A stretch of DNA of 64,000 nt from Acutalibacteraceae bacterium (GTDB lineage: Bacteria; Bacillota; Clostridia; Oscillospirales; Acutalibacteraceae), in contig JAZNWL010000067.1 of the NCBI GenBank assembly GCA_045593325.1, positions 1,149 to 65,148 on the forward strand, given 5' to 3'. The notes beneath the pieces were generated by a model. That model worked only from the letters and a program-made list of their open reading frames with translations, had not been told where the DNA came from and made no database searches. A program made the translations under genes and the position numbers. Shown in pieces: positions 31,547 to 41,449 of the stretch; positions within the stretch are counted from its first letter, which is position 1, and the number at the start of each line of letters is the position of its first letter.

Positions 31547-32077
31547 TTGCATATTCAAAAAGAAGCGGGGAACAGCTTTATGGTGGAGTTAACCGCAACC
31601 GAATTACAGCAATATCACTTAACATACAGTCAACTGCATTTGCAAAACAAAAAAACCAAATGTTTATTGCAGTCCCTACTTTGCAACGCCGGTAAAATGG
31701 TGGGATTTTGTAAGGGAGAGGGGAAATTATTGATAGAAGTTTATCCCGCGCCTGCACAGGGGTGCACCATTTATTTCACCAACCTACCCTTTGGGGACAA
31801 ACGGTATCGGAAAATCTCCCCCTACGTTTTCCGCTTTGAAACCTGCGATGATTTATTGCAAGGGGCGGCGTGTTTCGGGGAACATCATCCCCAAAGCGAA
31901 GCCTACCGTTACGGAGAACACTACCTGTTGATACTACATAGTGCGCCCGTACACGGTCTGAAAGAATTCGCGAAACCATTGCCTTCTTCCAAACCTTTTC
32001 TTGCTCACATACGGGAACACGGGCAGTTGCTTTGTAAACCCAACGCAGTGGAGAGGTTGCAGGGAAAAACCATATAA
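31547..32077 (+). CDS. MecA-family adaptor protein (short form)
   Basis: With the TTG start at 31547 (6 nt after AGGACGGGGA) the N-terminus (M)HIQKEAGNSFMVELTATELQQYHLTY parallels MecA MEIERINEHTVKFYMSYGDIEDRGF. C-terminal YRYGEHYLLIL and IREHGQLLCKPNAVERL also look MecA-like. ATG at 31580 is an alternative start. Confidence 0.6.
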   Translation: MHIQKEAGNSFMVELTATELQQYHLTYSQLHLQNKKTKCLLQSLLCNAGKMVGFCKGEGKLLIEVYPAPAQGCTIYFTNLPFGDKRYRKISPYVFRFETCDDLLQGAACFGEHHPQSEAYRYGEHYLLILHSAPVHGLKEFAKPLPSSKPFLAHIREHGQLLCKPNAVERLQGKTI

Positions 32078-32086
32078 ACGCAAAAC

Positions 32087-32116
32087 GAGCACAGGATTTC
32101 CTGTGCTCATTTTTTT
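32087..32116 (+). terminator. Terminator between the convergent mecA-like and rdgB genes
   Basis: Stem gagcacag / ctgtgctc with a 6-nt loop, followed by aTTTTTTT. Confidence 0.7.
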
Positions 32117-32705
32117 ATCCCAATTTTTGTTGCAATTCTTGTTGCAGTTTTATAAGTGCTCTGCCACGGTGACTAACCGCATCTTTTTCTTCTGCCGTAA
32201 GCTGGGCAAAACTTTTTTCTCCCACCATGAAAACAGGGTCATAACCAAAACCGTTTTCTCCCAAAGGAGAAAAGCCAATGGTGCCTTCACATTCTCCCCG
32301 AACAGAGAGGGTATCCCCATTTGGCCAGACACAGCACACAGCCGAAACAAAACGAGCTGTGCGATGCTCCTTTGGCACGTCCTGTAAATTTTCCAGGAGT
32401 TTTTCGATTCGCTGACCGTCGGTGGCATTTTCCCCTGCATAACGGGCGGAGTACACCCCGGGTTGCCCGTTTAAGGCATCCACACACAGACCCGAATCAT
32501 CCGCCACGGCGGGAAGACCTGTTTTGTCACAAGCCGCCTTGGCTTTGATATAGGCATTTTCTTCAAAGGTTTCCCCGGTTTCTTCTACGTCATCCAAAGA
32601 AATCCCCAGGGTTTTGGTGGACACGGCATCGATCCCCAAAGGGGCTAAGATCCGTTCCAATTCCAATAATTTGTGGGCGTTGCCCGTGGCAATGATAAAT
32701 TGCAT
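32115..32705 (-). CDS. rdgB: Non-canonical purine NTP pyrophosphatase (RdgB/HAM1 family)
   Basis: MQFIIATGNAHKLLELERIL, DDSGLCVDALNGQPGVYSARY and GFGYDPVF. Confidence 0.92.
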   Translation of the reverse strand: MQFIIATGNAHKLLELERILAPLGIDAVSTKTLGISLDDVEETGETFEENAYIKAKAACDKTGLPAVADDSGLCVDALNGQPGVYSARYAGENATDGQRIEKLLENLQDVPKEHRTARFVSAVCCVWPNGDTLSVRGECEGTIGFSPLGENGFGYDPVFMVGEKSFAQLTAEEKDAVSHRGRALIKLQQELQQKLG

Positions 32706-32843
32706 ATCTCACTCACCTTTTCCGGTTCTTGCCTCCCTTGCCTAAAGGTACTCCCCTGTTAGGGGAGATGCCCGTAGGGCAGAGAGGTTGCGGCATCCGC
32801 AGGATGGGGGGACCAACGCGTAGCGTTGGTGGAGGGATCGTTC

Positions 32844-33746
32844 TTACAATATCCCGGCGGCAAATTCGGCGGGGTCAAAAGGCATCAAATCGTCGATGCC
32901 TTCCCCTACGCCCACCAATTTCACGGGGATTCCCAATTCTTGTTTAATGGCAACCACAACCCCGCCTTTGGCGGTGCCGTCCAGTTTGGTCAACACAATT
33001 CCGGTAATACCTGCGGCATTGGCAAACTCTTTGGCTTGGTTGAGGGCGTTTTGCCCGGTGGTGGCATCCAGCACCAACAAAGTTTCGCGGGAAGCCCCCG
33101 GCAATTCACGGTCGATGACCCGTGAGATCTTATTCAGTTCGTCCATCAGGTGTTTTTTGTTATGCAGACGCCCTGCGGTATCGCAAAGCACCACGTTACA
33201 CCCACGGGATTTGGCGGAAGAAATGGTATCGAACACCACGGCGGCGGGGTCGGACCCTTCATTTTGCCGAATCATAGGCACCCCGGCTCTGTCTGCCCAA
33301 ACGCCAAGTTGTTCAATGGCGGCGGCGCGGAAGGTATCGGCGGCACCCAAGATCACCGAGTTACCTTTGTTCTTCAAAGAAAGTGCCAATTTGCCGATGG
33401 TGGTGGTTTTGCCTGCCCCGTTGACCCCGATCATCACAATGACCGAAGGGTTGGTTTCCAGATTCAGGGAATGGTCTTCCCCTAAAATTTCCACAATAAT
33501 TTCCCGAAGGGCATCTTTGATCATGGCGGGCTCGGTGATTTTTTCGGCTTTCACCTTTTCCCGCAATTTTCCGCAAATAAATTCGGCGGTAGGCATACCC
33601 ATATCTGCCATGATTAAAATTTCTTCCAATTCTTCAAACAGTTCTTCGTCCACCTTGGTAAAGGCGGAAAGCATACTGTCAATGGCGCCCGACAGGGTCT
33701 CTCTTGTTTTTTTCAGTCCTGCCGCAATTTTTCCGAAAAAACCCAT
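32844..33746 (-). CDS. ftsY: Signal recognition particle receptor FtsY
   Basis: GVNGAGKTTTIGKLA, DTAGRLH, TKLDGTAKGG. Lies downstream of smc. Confidence 0.95.
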   Translation of the reverse strand: MGFFGKIAAGLKKTRETLSGAIDSMLSAFTKVDEELFEELEEILIMADMGMPTAEFICGKLREKVKAEKITEPAMIKDALREIIVEILGEDHSLNLETNPSVIVMIGVNGAGKTTTIGKLALSLKNKGNSVILGAADTFRAAAIEQLGVWADRAGVPMIRQNEGSDPAAVVFDTISSAKSRGCNVVLCDTAGRLHNKKHLMDELNKISRVIDRELPGASRETLLVLDATTGQNALNQAKEFANAAGITGIVLTKLDGTAKGGVVVAIKQELGIPVKLVGVGEGIDDLMPFDPAEFAAGIL

Positions 33747-33758
33747 GGTTCTTCTCTC

Positions 33759-36700
33759 CTATCCTTTGGAAAGCATAGCATCTGCTTCCCGTACATTGAG
33801 TTTTAATAATTTGGAAACCCCTTTTTCCTGCATGGTGACCCCATACAGGGTATCGGCTTCCTCCATGGTGCCCCGACGGTGGGTCACCACGATAAATTGA
33901 GAACGACCGCTCATTTTCCGCAAATAGTTGGCGAAACGGTCTACGTTGACGTCGTCCAGGGCGGATTCCACCTCGTCCAGCATACAGAAGGGGGGAGGGG
34001 CAACCTTCATCATGGCAAAATAGATTGCCAATGCCACAATGGATTTTTCCCCGCCCGACAGTTGCTCAATGCTGGCAACGTTTTTACCGGGAGGTTGCAC
34101 CTTAATATCAATGCCCGAATTGAGAACGTCCAGAGGTTCGGTTAAAATCAACTGGGCGGTACCGCCCCCAAAGAGTTCCACAAAGGTGCCTGAAAAATGC
34201 CCGTTGATCTCATTGAATTTTTCAATGAAGGCGGTTTGCATATTACCGGTTAACTGGTTGATGAGTTGTTCCAGTTCTTTCTTGGCGGTTTCCACGTCGC
34301 CGATCTGGGTTTTCATGAACTCATACCGTTCACTGACCTGGGCATATTCTTCAATAGCCCCCACGTTCACCGAACCCAAAGAACGGATTTTGGATTTTAA
34401 TTCCTGGAGGCGTTTGCCTGCGGCGGCGGGGTCTTCCAGTTCAATATGAAGTTCCTCTGCCTGACGGCGGGACAATTCGTATTTATCAAAGAGTTTGGTA
34501 AGAATTTGTTCGCTCTCGGCAGACATGGCGTCTTCCCGTTCTTCCAACCGCACCAATTCTGCCGAAAGGTGTTCCCGATTCAGGGTACATTCCCGCTCTT
34601 TGGCGGTAAAGCCGGAAACAGCGGTTTCCAATTCAGAACGACGAGCAGTCTTATCAGCAATGGCTTGTTCCTGTTCCTTGGCTTTTGCCCGTAAATCGGC
34701 AGCCTGGTTCAGCAAAGATTCCTTTTGTTCCTGTTGCAACAGGTTTGCCTGTTCATACACTGACAGTTGTTCATTCAAAGAAAGTCGTTTTTCCCCTGCG
34801 TCTTCCTGGCGGCGAAGCAAGGCTTCCTGTAATGCCAGGGTGGCTTCCTTTTCTTTTTCCAAAGCCATGATTTCCAAACGAACCCCGCCGTTTTGCCCGG
34901 TGAGTTCTTCCCTACGGGTGGCAATTTCTTCGCTTTGTTTCAGCAGATCCTCTTGGGCTTTGTTGGCACCTTCCAGGCGTTCTTCCAGGGTTTTTGACAA
35001 AGTGTCGGCATCCACCGCTTGTTTGCGAAGTTGTTCCAGACGGGTGGCAGATTCTTTTTGTTCGAGTTCGAGTTCTTGCAAGGTTTCTTTGGTTTGTGAA
35101 ACCTGTTCTTCCAGACGTTTACATTCTGCCAACACACGAATTTTATCTTCGTTAAGGGTGGTCATTTCACTGCGGATGGCTTCTACCTGGGCTTTGCGGT
35201 TTTCCACGTCGGCAACCGCTTTGCGATAGTCTTCCAGACAAGCCTGGGCTTTGTTTTTGGTTTTCTCGGCATTGGCTTTTAATTCTTCAATTTCTCCCCG
35301 ACGGGAAAGGAGCCCTGCCCCTCGGTTAAAAGAGCCCCCGGTCATGGAACCGCCGGTGTTGACCACCTGGCCGTCCAGGGTGACAATGCGGAACCGATAG
35401 CCGTATTGTTTGCCCATGGCGGCGGCGCTTTCCAAATCTTCTGCCACCACAATGGCGCCAAGCAAAGAGGAGATAATATCCCGATACACAGGGTCAGCGG
35501 ATACCAGGGTATCTGCCACCCCCACGTAACCCACGCAATCTTCCAGGCCCTTTTCTTTAAAGTCACGGGGTTTCACCGTATCCAAAGGCAGGAAGGTGGC
35601 ACGGCCTGCGTTTTCCCGTTTTAAGAAAGCAATGGCGCGTTTGGCGTCCTGTTCTTTGGCGGTAACGATATGTTGCACCGCGTTGCCCAGGGCAACTTCA
35701 ATGGCGGTGGCGTATTCTTCTTTTACCTGAATCAAGCGGGAAATGGGACCTTTGATGCCCCCCAGCACCCCTTTGGCACCCTCGGCGGACACGCGACGAA
35801 CCGTGCGGCTGAATCCTTCCAGGGAGTTTTCCATTTCCTCCAGCAGTTGCACCCGACGAAGCTTGGTCTGGGCTTCCAAATTCAGTTCGTCGGCTTTTTG
35901 TTTTAATTCATCGGCGGTTTTTTCCAAGGAGTTCAGCAACATATTGTTGCCTTTGAGCATGTTTTCACATTCCGCCTGTTTTTCTTCTATATTTTTCAGA
36001 TCCTGTTGCAAGGCAGTTTGTTCGGCTTCATAATCCTGCAACTGGGTTTGTTTTGCCTGAAAGGCTTCTTCCACCGCACTGCCCCGATGGCTGATTTCGG
36101 TAACCGAAGACATGGCGGTAACGTTTTGCATTTGGCTTGCGGAAAGTTCTTCCCGTAGGCGGGTGATTTCCCGATTTTGTTCCTCGGTCTTGCGGGAAAT
36201 TTCTTCCAGTTGCAATAGCAATTCTTCCAAATGGGCGGCGGAAGTTTCCAACACCTTGCTCTTAGCGGCAATTTCCGCGTCCTTTTGGGCAATGGTTTCT
36301 CCGTGGATGGCCATTTCCTTCATCAGGTCCGCATCGCTATCCCGGGAGGTTTCAATTTCTTTTTTCAACCGTTCCATATTTTCTTTATTATGGAACAGGG
36401 TGTTTTCCGCTACGGCGGCTTGTCCTTCCAGGCGGGCGGCTTCTTCTTCCATTTGCGCAATATTCCGACGGGTAGCATCCATTTGCACCGTAAGCAGTCG
36501 GGCTTCCCCTGTGGCTTCTTCGGTTTGCTCCTGCAGTTTGGCAATTTGCCGTTCCATTTCCTGGTATTGAGCCTGGGCAATTTCAATTTTTTCCTTTTGC
36601 CCTTGTAATTTTTCTTCCAATTTGGTTAAAGACCGCAACCACAGCCCAATTTCCAAATTCTTTTCTTCCCCTGCATAAAGCAAAAACTTTTCTGCTTTTT

Positions 36701-37328
36701 TGCTTTGTTCTGCCAAGGGGCCAACCCGTTCTTCCAATTCGTTCATGATATCCCGCAAACGAACCAGATTTTCTTCGGTGGCTTTTAATTTCCGTTCAGC
36801 TTCCTGTTTCCGATAGCGGAAACGGGAGATTCCTGCGGCTTCTTCAAACATATCCCGCCGTTCGTCCGAGCGTCGGGAAACAATATCACTGATTTTCCCT
36901 TGACCGATCATGGAATACCCGTCCCGTCCCAGGCCGGTATCCATAAACAGCTCATTCACGTCTTTCAAGCGCACGGTAGCGCGGTTGATCTGATATTCAC
37001 TTTCCCCCGAGCGATAGTACCGACGGGTAATCAACACTTCGTCGGTATCGCAAGGCAAAGCGCGGTCGGTATTATCCAGGCAAAGGGTAACAGACGCCAT
37101 CCCTTGGGGTTTTCGGGTGGCGGTGCCGTTGAAAATAACGTCTTCCATTTTTTCGCCACGCAGTTGTTTGTTGGATTGTTCCCCCAACACCCATCGAATG
37201 GCGTCTGAAATATTACTTTTCCCACTTCCGTTGGGGCCAACTACCCCTGTGATTCCCTGTTCAAAGGTGAGAAGGGTTTTATCGGGAAAGGATTTGAAGC
37301 CCTGTGCTTCCAAGGATTTCAGGAACAT
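33759..37328 (-). CDS. smc: Chromosome segregation protein SMC
   Basis: Start set to the ATG at 37328 (MFLKSLEAQGFKSF...GPNGSGKSNISDAIRWVLGEQS). Long coiled coils, a hinge, and C-terminal LSGGEKS...LDEVESALD. Confidence 0.95.
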   Translation of the reverse strand: MFLKSLEAQGFKSFPDKTLLTFEQGITGVVGPNGSGKSNISDAIRWVLGEQSNKQLRGEKMEDVIFNGTATRKPQGMASVTLCLDNTDRALPCDTDEVLITRRYYRSGESEYQINRATVRLKDVNELFMDTGLGRDGYSMIGQGKISDIVSRRSDERRDMFEEAAGISRFRYRKQEAERKLKATEENLVRLRDIMNELEERVGPLAEQSKKAEKFLLYAGEEKNLEIGLWLRSLTKLEEKLQGQKEKIEIAQAQYQEMERQIAKLQEQTEEATGEARLLTVQMDATRRNIAQMEEEAARLEGQAAVAENTLFHNKENMERLKKEIETSRDSDADLMKEMAIHGETIAQKDAEIAAKSKVLETSAAHLEELLLQLEEISRKTEEQNREITRLREELSASQMQNVTAMSSVTEISHRGSAVEEAFQAKQTQLQDYEAEQTALQQDLKNIEEKQAECENMLKGNNMLLNSLEKTADELKQKADELNLEAQTKLRRVQLLEEMENSLEGFSRTVRRVSAEGAKGVLGGIKGPISRLIQVKEEYATAIEVALGNAVQHIVTAKEQDAKRAIAFLKRENAGRATFLPLDTVKPRDFKEKGLEDCVGYVGVADTLVSADPVYRDIISSLLGAIVVAEDLESAAAMGKQYGYRFRIVTLDGQVVNTGGSMTGGSFNRGAGLLSRRGEIEELKANAEKTKNKAQACLEDYRKAVADVENRKAQVEAIRSEMTTLNEDKIRVLAECKRLEEQVSQTKETLQELELEQKESATRLEQLRKQAVDADTLSKTLEERLEGANKAQEDLLKQSEEIATRREELTGQNGGVRLEIMALEKEKEATLALQEALLRRQEDAGEKRLSLNEQLSVYEQANLLQQEQKESLLNQAADLRAKAKEQEQAIADKTARRSELETAVSGFTAKERECTLNREHLSAELVRLEEREDAMSAESEQILTKLFDKYELSRRQAEELHIELEDPAAAGKRLQELKSKIRSLGSVNVGAIEEYAQVSERYEFMKTQIGDVETAKKELEQLINQLTGNMQTAFIEKFNEINGHFSGTFVELFGGGTAQLILTEPLDVLNSGIDIKVQPPGKNVASIEQLSGGEKSIVALAIYFAMMKVAPPPFCMLDEVESALDDVNVDRFANYLRKMSGRSQFIVVTHRRGTMEEADTLYGVTMQEKGVSKLLKLNVREADAMLSKG

Positions 37329-38325
37329 GGAAATTCTCCTTTCGTGTAATACCAATGCTGTGAGGGGGAATGGTGTCTACCCCCACCACAGTGCAATTTC
37401 GTCCCATTTTTTCCAGACGAATAAGATTATTTCGTTTTTGCCCAATCATTTTGGAAAGGCAGGTGGGATGTACCAACACCGTCGCCTGTTCCCATTCATT
37501 GGGCAACAGGTTGCAAAGGGTTTGAAAATACAGCTCCCCTTCGCACAATTCCCGCAGGGCGGGATGACAGGGGCCAATACCCCCTTCCAGGGAACTGTCC
37601 CCATGAAGTCCCAGGCGAATCACCGAAACCCCAGCCGATTCAAACAGCACCAGCAATTCACTGCAAAGTTCCACCGTTTGGTTTAAAGTTGGGGGGATAT
37701 ACGCCCCTTGCTGAACCAGTTCATATAACCGGGTCCCGGGGAAGGTGACAGTGGGATAGATCCGCATGGTTTTTGGCTTTAATGCCAATAAATCTTTGGC
37801 GGTTTGACGGTCCGATTCCAAAGTAGAGCCATACAATCCCGTCATCATTTGCAGACCCAGTTCAAACCCAAATTCATGGATCAGGCGGGACGCCTCTGTA
37901 ATATGGCGGGCAGTATGTCCCCGCTGATTTTTCAAAAGCACGGTGTCATTGGTGCTTTGGGCTCCCAGTTCAATGGCGGTGACTCCGTATTCTTTCAGAA
38001 TGGTTAAAATTTCGGGAGAAATAGCGTCAGGACGGGTAGACACCCGAATACCCGTGATCTGTTCCTCCTGCAAAAAGGGATGCGCCGCTTGTAACAGAGC
38101 GGTCATCTCCTCCTGCTCCAGGGCGGTGAAACTCCCGCCGAAAAAGGCGATCTCTGCCTGTCGGTCAGGGGCAAGCCCTGCCACGGCTTTTTGCAAGATC
38201 TTGGTTACTTCCCCCGGTGTGGGGGGTGTTTGGTGCCCCGAAATCAGCCGTTGATTACAAAAACTGCACTGATGAGGACACCCCCCATGGGGAATAAACA
38301 AAGCAATATTAGCCTTTTTGCTCAT
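37279..38325 (-). CDS. Radical SAM protein (ELP3-like family commonly found between rnc and smc in Clostridia)
   Basis: The CPHQCSFCNQ motif (CxxxCxxC) lies near the N-terminus. Start ambiguous (ATG 38325 or TTG 38331). The 3' end overlaps the smc start by 50 nt. Confidence 0.8.
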   Translation of the reverse strand: MSKKANIALFIPHGGCPHQCSFCNQRLISGHQTPPTPGEVTKILQKAVAGLAPDRQAEIAFFGGSFTALEQEEMTALLQAAHPFLQEEQITGIRVSTRPDAISPEILTILKEYGVTAIELGAQSTNDTVLLKNQRGHTARHITEASRLIHEFGFELGLQMMTGLYGSTLESDRQTAKDLLALKPKTMRIYPTVTFPGTRLYELVQQGAYIPPTLNQTVELCSELLVLFESAGVSVIRLGLHGDSSLEGGIGPCHPALRELCEGELYFQTLCNLLPNEWEQATVLVHPTCLSKMIGQKRNNLIRLEKMGRNCTVVGVDTIPPHSIGITRKENFHVPEILGSTGLQILSR

Positions 38326-39001
38326 AATCAATGCCCATCAATTCCAAGGCTTCCTTGGCGGCGGCTTGTTCGGCTTCTTTTTTGCTTCTGCCTACCCCGG
38401 TGCCCACCAGGTTGGAGTTGATGTGTACCTCGTATTTAAAACTTTTATCATGGTCGGGGCCGCTTTCTTCCACCAATAAATAGGTCAAGCGGTCCTCGGG
38501 ATTTTGCTGAATGACTTCCTGTAAAAGGGTTTTAAAATCTTTATATGCCCCTTTGCTGTGATGGTCCAAAGCGGGAGTTACGTATTTGAGAATAAACGCC
38601 TTGGCAGGCTCTATGCCGCCATCCAGATAAATGGCGGCAATCAACGCCTCAAAGGCATCCGCCAGAATGGAAGGACGATTGCGCCCCCCTGTGTTTTGTT
38701 CCCCACGGGAAAGGAGAAGGGCTTCTCCCAGTCCGATTTGTTTGGCGAACTTGTACAGGGCTTTTTCACAAACCGAAGCCGCCCGAATACGGGTCAATTC
38801 CCCTTCCGGGGTGTTGGGATAATTGTGAAACAAATAATCCGAAACCACTACAGACAACACCGAGTCCCCCAGAAATTCCAACCGTTCATTACAACTGTCG
38901 GGATTTTTCCGTTCGTGGGCAAAGGAAGAATGGGTCAGGGCTTGTTTCAGCAACTCTTCTTTTTTGAATTGATAGCCGATGGTTTTTTGGAGCGTTTTCA
39001 C
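38309..39001 (-). CDS. rnc: Ribonuclease III
   Basis: ERLEFLGDSVL signature and a C-terminal dsRBD. Start moved to the GTG at 39001, one nt after the plsX stop, giving (M)KTLQKTIGYQFKKEELLKQALTHSSFA, a canonical RNase III N-terminus. Confidence 0.92.
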   Translation of the reverse strand: MKTLQKTIGYQFKKEELLKQALTHSSFAHERKNPDSCNERLEFLGDSVLSVVVSDYLFHNYPNTPEGELTRIRAASVCEKALYKFAKQIGLGEALLLSRGEQNTGGRNRPSILADAFEALIAAIYLDGGIEPAKAFILKYVTPALDHHSKGAYKDFKTLLQEVIQQNPEDRLTYLLVEESGPDHDKSFKYEVHINSNLVGTGVGRSKKEAEQAAAKEALELMGIDYEQKG

Positions 39002-39002
39002 G

Positions 39003-40004
39003 TTAATCCCTCTTCTCTGCGGCAACGGCGGTAACCGCTTCAATCAAGCCCGAAGCGGCAAAGGTGGCCCCTTGACGAATGGCATTTTTAATGGCTTTGG
39101 CATTGGAACTGCCGTGGGCTTTGATAACAGGAGCCCGCACTCCCAACAAGGGAGCACCGCCGTGTTCGGAATAGTCTAACATACCTTTTAAGCCCTTTAA
39201 ATTTTTCTTAATAAGCAAGGCACCGATTTTGGTTTTCAAAGATGCCATCATGACCTTTTTAATCAAGCCAAAGAAAGTAACTGCTACCCCTTCGGTGAGT
39301 TTCAGCACCACGTTTCCGGAGAAACCGTCGGTCACCAGTACGTCACAGCCCCCTGAGGGAACGTCTCTGGCTTCCACGTTGCCTACGAAATTATAGTCCG
39401 ATTGTTTTAACATCTGATAGGTTTCCTGGCGAAGGGTATCCCCTTTGGTATCTTCGGTGCCCACGTTGAGAAGGCCGATGCGGGGGGATTCCAGACCTAC
39501 CACCCGTTTCATATATTCATTGCCCATCAAAGCAAAATCCATGAGCATTTCAGGGCGACATTCGGCATTGGCACCGCAATCCAACAGCAGGTAACATCCT
39601 GTGGGGGTAGGAACGGCGGTGGCAAGAGCGGGACGTTTGATTCCCTTAATGCGTTTCACCAACAAGGTTGCCCCCACCAGCAGACCCCCTGTGGAACCTG
39701 CCGAAACAAAGGCATCTCCTTCTCCACGGGCAACCATTTGCAGGCCCAACCCCAGGGAAGTGTTCCGTTTGGATTTGACAATTTCGGTAGGGGTGTCGTG
39801 CATATCCATCACTTCATCGGTATGCACAATGGAAATGCCTTCCAGGGAAATGTTGTTTTCCTTGGCGCAGGCAAGAATTTCAGGTTCTTTCCCTACTAAA
39901 ACCACTTCTACGCCGTATTCTTTCACGGCATCGGCTGCCCCTTGCACGTTGCAAAGGGGAGCATTGTCCCCGCCGAAAGCATCTACAATAATTCGTTTAG
40001 CCAT
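39003..40004 (-). CDS. plsX: Phosphate acyltransferase PlsX
   Basis: MAKRIIVDAFGGDNAP..., SAGSTGGLL and GVRAPVIKAHGSS. Confidence 0.93.
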   Translation of the reverse strand: MAKRIIVDAFGGDNAPLCNVQGAADAVKEYGVEVVLVGKEPEILACAKENNISLEGISIVHTDEVMDMHDTPTEIVKSKRNTSLGLGLQMVARGEGDAFVSAGSTGGLLVGATLLVKRIKGIKRPALATAVPTPTGCYLLLDCGANAECRPEMLMDFALMGNEYMKRVVGLESPRIGLLNVGTEDTKGDTLRQETYQMLKQSDYNFVGNVEARDVPSGGCDVLVTDGFSGNVVLKLTEGVAVTFFGLIKKVMMASLKTKIGALLIKKNLKGLKGMLDYSEHGGAPLLGVRAPVIKAHGSSNAKAIKNAIRQGATFAASGLIEAVTAVAAEKRD

Positions 40005-40022
40005 GATAAATCCTTCTTTCCT

Positions 40023-41090
40023 TTAAGCGTTTTCTGCCTGCAGTTGTGCCGCCCGGTCGGCGGTGATCAAAGCATCGATAATTTCTTCCAGATCCCCGTT
40101 CAAAATGGCTTCCAAACGGTACAGGGTCAAGCCGATACGATGTTCGCTGACCCGCCCTTGGGGATAGTTATAGGTGCGGATGCGCTCCGAACGGTCCCCC
40201 GTGCCAACCTGGGAACGACGTTGGGAAGCAATCTGGTCGTTTTGTTTAGCCAGTTCTGCTTCATACAAACGGGACCGCAACACTTTCATGGCTTTTTCGC
40301 GGTTTTTATGCTGACTGCGTTCATCCTGACATTCTACGATCAAACCTGTGGGAAGGTGGGTGATACGAATGGCAGATTCGGTTTTATTGATATGCTGACC
40401 GCCTGCCCCGCTGGAACGGAAGGTATCCACCTGCAAGTCGGCAGGGTTAATATCTACCTCTACGTCTTCTGCCTCAGGGAGCACCGCCACCGTAACGGTG
40501 GAAGTATGAATCCGACCCTGGGTTTCGGTTTCGGGAACCCGTTGCACCCGATGTACACCGCTTTCGAATTTCAGGCGGGAATAGGCACCTTCCCCCATAA
40601 TCATGAAACTAACTTCTTTAAAGCCGCCAAGTTCGGTTTCGTTGGCGCTGACAATTTCGGTTTTCCAACCTCTGGCTTCGGCATACATGGTGTACATGCG
40701 ATACAGCACCCCGGCAAACAAGGCGGCTTCATCCCCGCCTGCGCCGCCGCGGATTTCCACAATAACGTTTCGTTCATCGTTGGGGTCCACGGGAAGCAGA
40801 AGTATTTTCAATTCTTCCCCCAACCGTTCCATATCCGCCTTGGATTCCGCCAGTTCTTCTTCTGCCAATTCTTTCAGTTCCTTATCGGAAGAAGAAAGTA
40901 ATTCTTTGGCTTCTTCCTGACGGGATTTGGCAGACTGATACGCCCGAAAGGTTTCCACGATGGGGGTCAGCTGTTTATATTCTTTCATTAGGTTTTTATA
41001 TTGCTCTTGATTGCCCACTACGTCAGGGTCTTGCAAGGCGCTATTAACGTCTTCATACCGCGCTTCCACTTGAGTTAATTTGTCAAACAT
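40023..41090 (-). CDS. prfA: Peptide chain release factor 1
   Basis: [17 protein letters not shown] (PxT tripeptide region) and [23 protein letters not shown] (GGQ). A single uninterrupted frame. Confidence 0.95.
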   Translation of the reverse strand: MFDKLTQVEARYEDVNSALQDPDVVGNQEQYKNLMKEYKQLTPIVETFRAYQSAKSRQEEAKELLSSSDKELKELAEEELAESKADMERLGEELKILLLPVDPNDERNVIVEIRGGAGGDEAALFAGVLYRMYTMYAEARGWKTEIVSANETELGGFKEVSFMIMGEGAYSRLKFESGVHRVQRVPETETQGRIHTSTVTVAVLPEAEDVEVDINPADLQVDTFRSSGAGGQHINKTESAIRITHLPTGLIVECQDERSQHKNREKAMKVLRSRLYEAELAKQNDQIASQRRSQVGTGDRSERIRTYNYPQGRVSEHRIGLTLYRLEAILNGDLEEIIDALITADRAAQLQAENA

Positions 41091-41107
41091 ACCGATTCCT
41101 CCGTTAT

Positions 41108-41293
41108 TTATGTGGGTTGACTTAAAATCTTCTTAATGCCTTTTTCACATTGGGAGCGGGGCATCATCACTTCTCGTCCGCATTTTTCGCATCGGATCTT
41201 AAAATCCATGCCAATGCGGGTTACGGTGAAAATATTACTGCCGCAAGGGTGATTCTTTTTCATTTGCACCCGACATCCTACCTGAATATTCAC
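41108..41293 (-). CDS. Small DUF951-like protein
   Basis: 61 aa with the HPCGS...CEKCGR pattern. GTG start 8 nt after AAGGAGG. Confidence 0.65.
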   Translation of the reverse strand: MNIQVGCRVQMKKNHPCGSNIFTVTRIGMDFKIRCEKCGREVMMPRSQCEKGIKKILSQPT

Positions 41294-41449
41294 AAAAGCC
41301 CCCTCCTTATTTCAGCAAATGATTATTCAGTTTATTATACCACATCTCCGTTTCCAATGCAAATATTATTTGAACTGCCTTTTGTCATTTCTCCTTTGGT
41401 TTTTGCATATATTGAAACCAGCAAAACCAAAACCATAGGAACGGATGAA

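Noticed and set aside
32732-32836. Considered as a tRNA or tRNA-like gene, or as a terminator
   Set aside because: Four hairpins with 3-5 nt loops and 5-8 bp stems do not fit a cloverleaf. There is no anticodon-type 7-nt loop and no T-loop GTTC. There is no T-run for a terminator.
40023-41090. Checked the release-factor gene for the RF2-type programmed +1 frameshift
   Set aside because: There is a single uninterrupted frame and the PxT-region sequence (PET) is of the RF1 type. No frameshift site is present.
41150-41449. N-terminal 100-codon extension of the S1-domain ORF in the track
   Set aside because: It is antisense to the DUF951 gene and reads through its promoter region. A proper ATG with an SD-like sequence occurs at 41450.
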